Of a stretch of 64,000 nucleotides of DNA, positions 50,140 to 61,400 are shown piece after piece. Under the pieces are notes generated by a model. It saw only the letters and a program-made list of their open reading frames with translations. It did not search any database and was not told the origin of the DNA. The DNA is from Orbicella franksi (Eukaryota). The DNA lies in NCBI GenBank assembly GCA_964199315.1, contig OZ116698.1, forward strand, positions 9,610,001-9,674,000, read 5' to 3'. Position numbers and translations under genes: made by a program. The number at the start of each line of letters is the position of its first letter. Position 1 is the first letter of the stretch.

Positions 50140-52400
50140 AATTTTATGACCAAAACGGCTGAAAATCAACTTCTTTTTGCAGGTATATTAGTTTTGTCCC
50201 GCTTTCCTCCAAAAATCAACTATTCAGGTTTGTTAAACTATGAATTCACTGGAAAAGATTTTACAGCTAAGTGGGGGAGGGCCTAGATAGTACGATCCTT
50301 CCCTTACAAACAAAGATTTTCAATAGAGGTAGATATGGAAGTATGAGGGAGTAGTTATAGGTAAGGTATACATATATGTACAAAGGTAGCACCCCCCACT
50401 CCTCTAAGCCCGGTCTGCATAAACACGTAAACAAGCTTTCTCTTCAATAAGGCTAATCACAAGGGTATTTTTCTGGTACCACACAATAACAATTTGATAA
50501 CAGAAGTGGTGAAAGGTAGACTAAAGGCTAAAAGTCTCACTACACAGGTGCACTAATCTGAGGGTCTGGGTTGGGTTTATCTGATGGCTGAGAATTGGTC
50601 AAAATTTTAACCTTCAGTGGACAAGTGATGACTGGAATTTAACTGATAGCTCAGAAATCACCAAAACTTTGGCTGTTTACTGGGATTCCAACATCCCAAT
50701 CCACTAGACCCTCTAGTCTACCCTGCCAAAATGCAAAAATTCCATTTTGTTACCATGTACGGTTTAGTGAGGAAACAATGAGCGCAACAAACAAGTTTGA
50801 ACTTTATTGATTATCAATAAAGTTGAACTGTCAATGTAACTAATCATTACTATATAATCTTTCCTTATGACAAAAAACTACCAATTTCCTCAGACTTGAG
50901 TTACTATCACCATCAGTGATTGAAAATGTACTATTCACATTCAATATGTACTATAAACTGCAAAATTAATACTGACTGGTAGAAATTACATAATGCAATA
51001 ACTTAAATAAATTTTAAATAAGTTTAATAGCATAGAAAATTTCCCTTATGTTTAATTTATTTTACATATTTTGTGATAAAATCTTCAAATACACAGCAAC
51101 ACTTGAACAAAAATAAAAACAACAACTACAAATAATTTTTTTCCTTTAGTTCAGGGACATCAGTCCATTCTTTGATTGCTTATTTGTGTATTTTAAAAGA
51201 GAACATGAACTCAAAGCATATTTGTGTACATAGATTACAATATTTTATATTACTTCCTCAGGAAATTACAATGAAAGATCTCTTTAAGAACCGAGTATAT
51301 ATATTTACTGGGCTTTACAGCTATAAAATTAATAATATTAAAGAATATTGAGTCATCTTATCAAGTTACTGACATATGCCAATTTTCCTAACTAACCTGG
51401 AATATGCCGTGTGCACTTAAATCCAAAGGTATTAAAGAGTTTCGTTAAACACTATTACACATTAATAAGTTTCATGGACATCTTCTTTGATAACATTTGA
51501 CAGCCTACGTGAAAATTACGTCTGTTACATTGCATTTGTTCACAAAGTTTGTGAGCTAACTCATATCTCAACTACATAGTGCTCATCCATTCAAAATTCT
51601 GACTTGTAATTCAAATTATATTCTTACATAACCTAATAAACATAATTACTAATAGTTGATTTGAACCAACAATGTAATGCTCATTATAATAATATTTCAT
51701 ATTTCATATTTTGATACTATCATTCTCTTTGACTATCATACCACAATTTCACTAGGAAAGAACTCCTATTGTTGGTACAATGGTTTAGCCCCCCTGCTCT
51801 ATTGAACAATAAATAATTATAATTCAAACTACCAGTATATATGCTTCTCAGTTTTCAAAGAAATCAAATCATCTTCTTTGGATCTACATGACTGGATAAA
51901 AAAGGTTTGGTGTTGATTCTTTGATTCAAATTTCAAAACTGATACTGAATATATATAAAAAAAACCCTGATCATTCAACCATGGCCTCTAAATCAAGGGA
52001 AGCATTAAATTTTCCATTACATGCAGACTGTTCTATATTTTGATCACCTCTAAATATTATCATTTTATATTGCAAACAAAGAGATTTCCAAGCAAGAGAT
52101 ATTGAATTATTGTGTTACATGATAATTATATTTCATGGAGGTTTCCTTCCATAATTTGCATTTTTCATTTGAACATGTGAAACAAGATCACAGAATCTAA
52201 CCCACCATTAAGTTAAAATATTAACCACCATTTTTTAAGGACAATGCTTCAGTCATTCTTACTGTGACAGATTTGCTAGCTTACCCTGTACATTGTAAAC
52301 TATATTTCGACCATAGAGTACTTGGCATCTCTGCCTTAAGCTTACATAATATACAAACTTAAATAAACCACAAAGATATTCTTAAGTAAGATTTAAGACG

Positions 52401-54968
52401 TCACACAAAGTAAGAAGCGAGTTGGGACATCTTGTCCTTTGGCCTTCCTCTACCCTTTCCTCTTCTGCTGCCTCTACCTCGTCTTCCTCCTCTGCCTCGC
52501 CCACCTCTGTACATCGGATGCCTTGATGCCGCATGCGACATTTTGACCAGTGGTGCCAGAAGTGGATCACAGAAAAGGCATCCTAGATGTTGAGTTTTAT
52601 CATCGGGCAATGGTGACTTGGTACGGTTGAAATCAACATTCAGAAGAGTTGTCCCACAATCACACTCTTGATCAGTGGCACTCACTCGGAATGCATCCTC
52701 AAAAACATGCACTACAAGATTGCACTTGTTACATGCAAGTCTCCATTTAGGCGCTGATGTTGGATCAAGTACAAGGCTTCCATCATCGCACTCAGTGCAA
52801 TCTGCAATGCCAAGACTTACCTCAGAATGGGAACAGGTTGGGTGAGTGCACTGATTGCAACCCATGCCTTTCCGCATTTCGGGGAAGGGTGGGTGGTTGT
52901 AGCAGTAAGGGCAGACTGGGGTACTCTTTCCCTTTCCACCAGTGGACCACAACACTAACTCAAACTCATCCAAGGGACACTTTAGTTCTTTGTAGAGTTT
53001 GATGCTACCATTCTGTGGAAGGCTGTAAGTCTCGTCGCACTGAGCACAGTGCAACCGAGTTGGCTTAGCATTGATGTACTTCATATACCGGTTACATTTC
53101 CCGCACCTTGACAAAGGTTTTCCAGTGTCTTTTAGCGGAGTAAATGACACCTCAAACAGTTCATCCATGCTTGTGACAGTCTGTACAAAATAAATAAACT
53201 TCCTGGTGAAGATACCAAGGGCATGTTGCAAAACAGAGTCAAATTCGGCTTTGCCAAGAGCAATTAGGTTGAGTTGCTGTTCAACAGCAGATCGCATAGT
53301 TGGAAGGACAAGCTGTGGATCGATCTTCTGGTAACCATGCACTAGCACAATTCCAAGTGGTGTTGGCTGAAGCTTTCGACCACTCATCACTTGCACATAG
53401 TTCCTCTCACAGATATTATTGATGTGAACTGAAATGCTAGCATCTGTGCCAATCCCATGCTTTTCCATCAAGGAAATCAGCTCACTCTCTGTGAGATAAT
53501 CAGGTGGCGATGTTTGTCGCTCCTCAAGTTTCACTTCAGCAATTTCATACGCATCATTCTGTTGGCAATGTGGCATGCGTTCATCACTGGAAATTGCCTG
53601 CCAGTGCATGACAGAAGTGAAACCTGGGCTGGTGACAGTTTTACCAGTGAAAGAAAAAGTCTCTTGATCAACAGTGAATTTCACTGTTGTTTGCAAGTAT
53701 TTGCAGTCATAGCTGATACTTGCTATGAAAGATCTTGTGATAAACTCATACAGTCTCCATGCATCACCTCCAAGCTCAGCTTCGCTTGCTGGTCTCATGG
53801 GTGTTATGGGTGGATGGTCACCAGCGTCATGCCCCTTTCTCGGCTTGTTGATCCCCATTTTCAGAAGTTCTTGGACTGATGAGCTCCAGCTGGGGTTTGT
53901 TTGTTGCTGTCGGAGAGTTCCATTGAGATCAAAATTCTCTGGATAATGAGTTGTTTCAGTCCTAGGGTAGCTTATGTACCCTTGTGTGTAGAGCTTCTCA
54001 GCTATCTGCATACAGTGCTGTGGACCCATGTTGAGCCCTGAAGATGCCATACGCAACATTTCAATAGTGTTTAGCGCCATGGGCCTTTGCTTGGCTTTCT
54101 CTTTTTTGGAAACACCAATCACAGTTGCCGTTCGTGATGATTTGACAGTTCTTTGAAACATGACAGCCACCTCTTTGTCAAACAATCTACCCCTGTCCCA
54201 CTCAAGGTGCATTGTTTGACCACTAGGGTGGAGTACCTGGGGCTTGAGAACCCAGTACGGTTCAGCTTTAAATGACTGTATCTGGTCATGGCGTTCCACA
54301 CAAAATCCAAGAGTGGGTGTCTGGCAGGGACCATAAGATATCAACGCACTATCCAGGTCACCATATTTACCCTGGAAGTATTTAGTCTGAAATCTTGTAA
54401 ATGCACAACCAATCCTCAAGTCCAGTTCTTGCCTGGCATCAACAGATCTTGCCTCATTCTTGTTGGGTTCACTGAGGCGATGCATAGCACCACAAATGTC
54501 AGTTTCAGTGATTGCAGAAAACTTGGCACGGAAGACAGTCTTGCCTCCTGATCTCTTGTTCATGACAGGCCTGACGCAATCCAGCACCTCAAAACAGATG
54601 TTCTCTCCTTCCTTGTCACAATCAAGCCAGAGAACAATGAAGTCAACCCCCTTGCCCTCATGCTGCAAAAATTTTGGCATCTGCAGCTTCTCATTGGCTT
54701 CTTTCTTCAAAGTCGTGGCCGTGAAGAGCTCTTGAGGATTAACAGCATCCCAGTTGTTGAACTTGTGATGGAAATCCAAGGTCATTACATGGCCGCACAC
54801 AGAGGTCATTTTAAATCTCGCCGGCTCTTTGTTGAACTGTCCCGTGTACTCGTGCACAGAACAAGCTCCATTTAGTCCCTTCCGGGTGGTCATCTGGCCC
54901 TTGGAGAGAAACTTTGCGATGGACTGCGCCAGAGAAGGCTTCTCTGCTACCATTAAAACAGTCTTCAT
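52401..54968 (-). CDS. TOP3B: DNA/RNA topoisomerase III beta, 855 aa, single coding exon
   Basis: Uninterrupted ORF: MKTVLMVAEKPS, TOPRIM LWLDCDKEGENI, ISYGPCQTPTLGF, catalytic GYISYPRTET, C-terminal CXXC zinc-finger repeats and RGG-rich tail typical of TOP3B rather than TOP3A. Confidence 0.98.
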   Translation of the reverse strand: MKTVLMVAEKPSLAQSIAKFLSKGQMTTRKGLNGACSVHEYTGQFNKEPARFKMTSVCGHVMTLDFHHKFNNWDAVNPQELFTATTLKKEANEKLQMPKFLQHEGKGVDFIVLWLDCDKEGENICFEVLDCVRPVMNKRSGGKTVFRAKFSAITETDICGAMHRLSEPNKNEARSVDARQELDLRIGCAFTRFQTKYFQGKYGDLDSALISYGPCQTPTLGFCVERHDQIQSFKAEPYWVLKPQVLHPSGQTMHLEWDRGRLFDKEVAVMFQRTVKSSRTATVIGVSKKEKAKQRPMALNTIEMLRMASSGLNMGPQHCMQIAEKLYTQGYISYPRTETTHYPENFDLNGTLRQQQTNPSWSSSVQELLKMGINKPRKGHDAGDHPPITPMRPASEAELGGDAWRLYEFITRSFIASISYDCKYLQTTVKFTVDQETFSFTGKTVTSPGFTSVMHWQAISSDERMPHCQQNDAYEIAEVKLEERQTSPPDYLTESELISLMEKHGIGTDASISVHINNICERNYVQVMSGRKLQPTPLGIVLVHGYQKIDPQLVLPTMRSAVEQQLNLIALGKAEFDSVLQHALGIFTRKFIYFVQTVTSMDELFEVSFTPLKDTGKPLSRCGKCNRYMKYINAKPTRLHCAQCDETYSLPQNGSIKLYKELKCPLDEFELVLWSTGGKGKSTPVCPYCYNHPPFPEMRKGMGCNQCTHPTCSHSEVSLGIADCTECDDGSLVLDPTSAPKWRLACNKCNLVVHVFEDAFRVSATDQECDCGTTLLNVDFNRTKSPLPDDKTQHLGCLFCDPLLAPLVKMSHAASRHPMYRGGRGRGGRRGRGSRRGKGRGRPKDKMSQLASYFV

Positions 54969-55403
54969 GGTTGCTGGGCGATGTTTCTGGGCTGTAAATG
55001 AAGCCTCAAAGTATTCAACAAAGACGAAATTTTTAGCATTCCTCCACGTGGCAATTAGTACTCTTTGAAGCGGTTGCTTGATGAAGTGTCATGCGTTTTA
55101 CGGAAGTTGAGCCTCGACTTTGTACTTGTCAGAGGCAGTCTTCAAAGGATTATGCTCAATAACGAGCTCCTGCCCAGGTTCCTCTAATCTGTAATTCAGT
55201 GCTTCAGATAGCAATGATAACAAACGCACATTCAGCTGTTGATTTTTAAACTTTACTGGAAAATGACGATAAAATTTCGCGGAAAGACAGCTGTTTCGTG
55301 ATAATTTGGCTCCAGCAGTGATCTGTCAGTCATTGTCGGTTGTATTTTCTCCCTGAATGAGTGATAAATTTGTGACTACATTCGCTGTCAAGGAAAACAA
55401 AAC
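54969..55403. promoter_or_regulatory. Bidirectional promoter region TOP3B / unidentified gene
   Basis: Divergent ATGs 435 bp apart. Confidence 0.6.
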
Positions 55404-58400
55404 ATGGCTGAAGTTGCAAGAGACGCGAGTCAGAGACAAAGACGAAGAAAAAAGCGAATGTCGAGAGACCTAGACGATCACACAAACGAGAGCTTAGAAT
55501 CACCAAGTTCTTTACCAGAAAGAGTTCCGTTACAAGAAGTCGTAGACGGAGAGAAAGGTGGCGTTCCTCACAGTGCGTCGAACAACTCCGGTGATCAAGA
55601 AGGGAGTTCTGGGATTCAGCAATCTACTGGGGAAAGACGAAACCGCGCCAGAAGACCTAGAAGGAGATCTAGAATGGAAAATGGTGAGAAGATTGAATTT
55701 CCCAGTGCTTATAGTGTGAAGAATTGAATTAAGTTTGATAAAGTGCTTTTAAAGTGGCTTATATAACCAGACATAACTAATCGATGACATCAATGACATT
55801 AATGAAATCAATGAGTAATCAATAGGTGATCGATAGGTAATCAGGTGATTGGTCATTGATTATTGGCGATGATCAATGAGTAATCGATGGGCCACAAAAT
55901 TTTTGGTCATCGATTAGTCATCGATTGCATTGATTAGTCATTGATTGCACTGATTAGTCATTGATTTCATCCATTACTCATCGATATCATCTTGTGGCTG
56001 CAAATGTATCTGGCGAAGAAAAACAAAATTAAAACAACTTAAATGTAAACAGATGTTTCCAGGTTTATTCTTTTCAGCTTAAGTAGCAGTGTTTCAGCCA
56101 GAAAATTTTTCTTGAGGGCCAAAGTGGCCTCTGAAGACCTTTTTTAGGGGCCAATTTTTTAGGAAAGGGGCCAATAAATTGAAAGCTACAGAAGGAAAAA
56201 TGCGTCAGGGTACCAAGGAAAATAAAGCAGTATATTAGGATCTAGGATAAGATTTAATAGTAAGTGCTTTTTGAAGTGTTTCTACTCAATAAATTTCTTT
56301 TGAATCAGATACTAGTATGATCCGTGTATTACAAGAGAACAGTCCTTAGGCATACATGACATAGTCAATGATCAAGGGTTTGCAATGCATTATAGGGCGA
56401 TTTCAAACTTGGAAGTTTTCCGATGTGAGATAATCAATGCAGCAGAGCAAAAGGATGGATTGACTTCTTATCTTATGTTGAATGTTTTAGAAGCAAAAAT
56501 CTTTCAATATGATTGTCTAGAAGGACATAATGTGAGACAAAATAACCGGACTGATCGTCAACACAGAGAAATGTAGTCGCCATTATGGTGACTAAACCAG
56601 AATTTTTGCCTAATTTTGGTGGCCAAGGATAAAATGTTAGTTACATTGGTGACTGTATCGGTGGCCAAATTGGCCCTTTCTTTGTTTTTCTGGGGGCCAT
56701 CTCTGATTGGAACGTGGGATTCCCGCAATGGCCCACTGTGGCTGAAACACTGAGTAGTACATGGAAATTAAGCTTCAGAAGGTTCTCCAGTATATCTTTG
56801 CCATTTGAAACAGGGACCTGCCGAAAATATGACAATAGCGGTTCTAAAACAACTCTTGAAAGATAAGGAATCGCGTTTAGCTCAAATGCCAAAAAATCGG
56901 AACTTGTACAAATATTCAATACTGAAGCTGGTTATGTAACTGCTTATGATGGATGTTTCCCTAAGCTGAAGCAGTTTTACTTTGCTGACAAACACCCACA
57001 AAAAAAAAATCGATAACCACATAGTCAATTCTTGTCAGCGTACTTGTTAGTTTCATTTTCAGACTGGTTGGTTACTGTTCAGTTGTTTTGTTATTAAAGA
57101 AAGAGTTGGGTAAAGTGAAATATTGCACAATTGAGAATCATCTGTATTTGTGATTAGCACTTTGCGTCTCGACATCGTCAACAGGAACTTCAGATACAAG
57201 GAAAAATGCGTCTAACACAGATAAAAGAATCACAAACGAAAAAAATGGTACAAGAAAACAAGAAAAGTGTCTTTCGTGTGCAGTATAATAGTTGATGAGT
57301 AATCGATGGGTCATCGATGAGTAATCAATTACATTGATGAGTAATCGATAGGCCACCAAATGTTTGGGCTTCGATTACTCATTGATCATCGCCAATAATC
57401 AATGACTAATCAACTGATTACTCATCGATTACTTGGTGATTACCAACTGATGTCATTGATCATCGATTAGTTATGTCTGGATATAATCATAATGCATGTT
57501 GTGGTTCAATTTTACCCTTGGTACAATTTGGCCGGTACTTTCCTTTGTTTTTATGTAGGGTAATATTTTAAATCTACAACTAGTAGTAATCGTAGATTAA
57601 AGAGTGTGTTCGAGTTTTCGTAGGTTTGGTATGTTAAAAAAAACAAAAATTCTAGGTACAGCATTTTGTGCCTGAGCTGTTAGATAGGTGTGAAATTGGT
57701 CTTCCTTCATCAGGGGTGAAAATAAATGAAATGATCGCAAAGGACGTGCATACGAGGACGGTTTGTTCTCGTTTATACACGTGTTATGTAATATTAGTTA
57801 TGACTGGGTCAGTAAAATACATGGACTGCAGTCAGTAGGCCGCATTTAGTCTGCAGTTCTCATTTTATACCTGAGTCCACATTTTATGCCCAGTCCGTAA
57901 TGTTTAGTCTGCATTTTATACCTCTGTTCATGTTTTGTACCCAGTCCGTAGTCCGTAGTCCATAGTCTGTAGTCTGCAGTCCCCAGTGCATGTTTTATAC
58001 TGACCATGTAAATCAACACCAATCATGCTTGTTCTGTTGGTTAGTGAGATGACCTGCTTTTATTACCAAAACTAGGACAATTATTTTGTTTACGAACACA
58101 ACTTTGAATCGCCTTGGTTTTGGGGTAACAGCTACCTGGCATTTTCACTTCCGAAACAATGGAACAGAGGACATGTTCAGGGCTGTCATTAAGTTTTGAA
58201 GCAGCGGTTGCATGTAAGTTATCACCGTAGCAGTGAAACACGTGGCCAACGGCCACATGTTCCGAAGGCCCAAAAGGGCTTGAGCATCTAGGGGGTCTGG
58301 GGCATGCCCCCCAGAAATTTTTTTGAACATGAAACCCCTGGAAATGCATTTTCCTGCTTTCTAGGGCATGAAAATGGCAATTTTCCTAATCAAAAATGCT

Positions 58401-61400
58401 GATAAAACAGAGTGATATGTTATAGTACATCATCAGCAAATAGTGAAATAACATCTTTGTTGCACCAACCTATGCAAGTGGTCCTTATTTTAGTACTGTT
58501 TGTTTTTCACAGTGCATAATTTCAAATTCATGCACCTTAATTTACAGAGATCAAATGAATAAAGTTATAAAATATCTCCAACAGACTTGACTGTTCTTTG
58601 TTTGAAAAAAAAAAAAAATGGCAGTCCATAGTCAGCAATATGGTTTGATGTTTGCTAACAGTTGTAATAATTCGTTATTATGGTCAAATGAATAAAAGGG
58701 GAGTGAAACCGGAAATAAAAATTATAATAACATCTCTACCTTACCAAGCTATCTTACCGTTAGAGGAGCTCAAATAAGCTGGATCAGACATTGAACATCT
58801 CTGTCCATTACAGTGGTAATAAGAATGAAATGCTTTACCATTTCTAGACTCGGGAAATTTTTCTTCCACTCTTTGTAGCATAATACTCGGTTCTACAGGC
58901 TGCCCATGTGCGGCTGAAGTACTTGCAGTACTTGAAGCTGTGATTGCTGGTATTTGTCGACCGCCTCGACCGGCTGTTTTGTGAGCTTCCTCATTTCCAT
59001 CGGTCCGTTGGGATTTTGAAAAAAATCTGCCGATCCCAGGCTGTTTTGACGTGGGTTCTTTTCTCTTATTCATATTAAAACATATCTTTCTCTACACACG
59101 TGCGGGACCAAACATGATCAATCAGCCTGGACAGCACTCAACATCGGTCGGCGGAATTTCTCAAGAGGTAGGAGCAACGCATTGCGTAATAAGTTCTGCT
59201 GCTTAAAATGGCGTCTAAATGTAATTCACGGTGATAAAGCAAACTGAAAGTTCATCTCCAGAGTAAAATATAAATAGTAGAACCAAGGAGGCAAGACACC
59301 AAGAAACAGTTATGTTTATTTCAATAGGTAAATGTTTAAAAATAAATTAGGTAAGTGTAGCATGTTCGTACCATCAATCGACATCTTCACCCGTAACATC
59401 AAGTGAACTCAGCCATAACAGGTGTTGTAGGTTACGGCCCTTAATGACAGCCCTGATGGTGGTGTACCAGAGCACTCCTGTGGGAGTTGAACTCTTTTCC
59501 TATGTAAACACTTTCCTCGCATGTTGGGTTTACGTTACACATTTTGTGCACAGAAACCTAGGTGAGAGAAGTGAAACTACACATTTCCTCCTTTGATTTA
59601 TTCAGCATAAAGCAGCATTGGTTTTGGTCGAAGAGAAGAGGGTACACAACACACAGCCAAGCTACAGCTTTCTGTTCATACGAAAAGTCGTACACATTTT
59701 GTCAAGACATGCTTGCAAGGTTTTTAAATGCCATTAACACTGACTTTGAGCTTTAAATAAATACTTATCTGCTACAGTCTTCAATAAGCTGCCTTGAAAA
59801 GTCTTACACCATTCGTGAAGACATGTCTGCAATGTTTTCAAATGCCTTTAACACTGATTTCGAACTTAAAAATAACCAACTTCAGTATCCGCTACAGTCT
59901 ACAATAAGCCGCCTCGACACTCGAAAGTCCACAATATTGTGCAACACTCGAAAGAAAGCACATGAATGAACAAAGAGATGACATCATTCGCCCCTGAAGA
60001 ATTTTTTTTGGGGGGGCCAAATTGGTGTCCCCCGATAGGTAGATAGATAGATAGATACACAGATCTCGAATTTTTATGCATTACATGATTAGAACTGCAT
60101 TCTGTCGAATGCAATTATACTATATGAAACAAAGAAAAATACCAAATTGTACCAAGGGTAATTTTGAACTAGAACACATATATAAATGGGCTAAGGTGTT
60201 AGGCTGGTGTGACTTATGTGCAATAAAATTATTGGATGAGGTTGAGCATGGTTACAAGAATTATCAATCATTGCTGAGGTTTGTATTATCTACAGAAGTT
60301 AAAGGTTGAAGTGGATAAGACAAACCATGGCCTCAATATCTTTGCTGTGATGCTAAAACTGAATCCTATATAATTGTTTTAGTATATTAAAAGAGTAATT
60401 CCTTATTTTCGGGTCAGCTCTGGGTGTCTTGTAGCTTTTTCTGTCATGGAATGTGAAGTCTTGCAATGTCTTTCTTGTTGTTGTAATGAAATGGATGACA
60501 TGTTGTGAGAGTTATGATGCTATAATTACACTCTATTATCTGTAGCATATTTATTGACATCGGCTCTGCCTGCATAAATCCTATTTGTTTGTCTATATGA
60601 CATCGCAATTTAATACCAGCATGAATTGGCTTTATGTTCTCAGCCAATCAGAATAGACCTAAATGTGTTACACAAGTGCTGGAGTAGAATACGTTGGTCT
60701 TTTGTTTTGAAAACTGAGAGGGCAAGTGGGTGTGGGTGGTGCAAACTCACATGATTGATATGTCACAATTACAGTAATAAGATTATTAACAGTACCCAAA
60801 TGAGTTTTTAGCCAGACTATTGTTTCTCCATATAGGAATACAGGGAACTTGATCATAACTTTTGTTTACAAGGGGATAATAATTTTGGAAAGTTCAATTT
60901 ACGGGAGATACTCTATCATGGGAATACAGACGCAACCCCATCACAGTTTTTAATGTTGTAAATAACTCATAATGTAAGATCTCCCTGTCTTTTGGGAAAA
61001 TAACAAAGTTTGGTAATAATCTAGCAATATCTCTAGTCACCCCTAGGATTTTATCACTACTCAATACTCAATGTAGTAACAGTGCTGGTTTTAGTCCATC
61101 TGACAGCATTGTGTATTATATCATTAGTTGGAGCAGTTTTCAAATGAGTGTCATGAAACCAAAACCAAACCATTTACTTACGAATTAGACAACTCAGCCA
61201 ATCTAAAACTGTACTTAAACCAGAACCAAAGTTATTACCTGATTACCTTTGATAATCATGTCTGAGTATTGGGGACCTTATATCACTTATTCCCTCTTAG
61301 GGGATGTGTATGATGGAATGGAGACATCAAAAACACTTGATATGCCAGAAAAGAAAAGATATAAACGGCCTTCGTCTGGTGGGGTAAGGCATACGAGAAG

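Noticed and set aside
49929-50286. ORFs of 60-117 aa here and at 63266-63517, 29113-29500, 24459-24772
   Set aside because: They are translations of SINE or repeat sequence, recurring near-identically between copies.
52401-54968. Horizontal transfer of a prokaryotic topoisomerase to explain the intronless ORF
   Set aside because: The protein has eukaryotic TOP3B features throughout, including the CXXC C-terminus and RGG tail.
55767-55985. CRISPR-like array
   Set aside because: Short degenerate motifs without unique spacers, mirrored at the other end of a TIR element; no cas genes; eukaryotic context.
57690-57718. Minus-strand CCCCTGATGAAGG partial hammerhead
   Set aside because: No downstream GAAA box or cleavage triplet.
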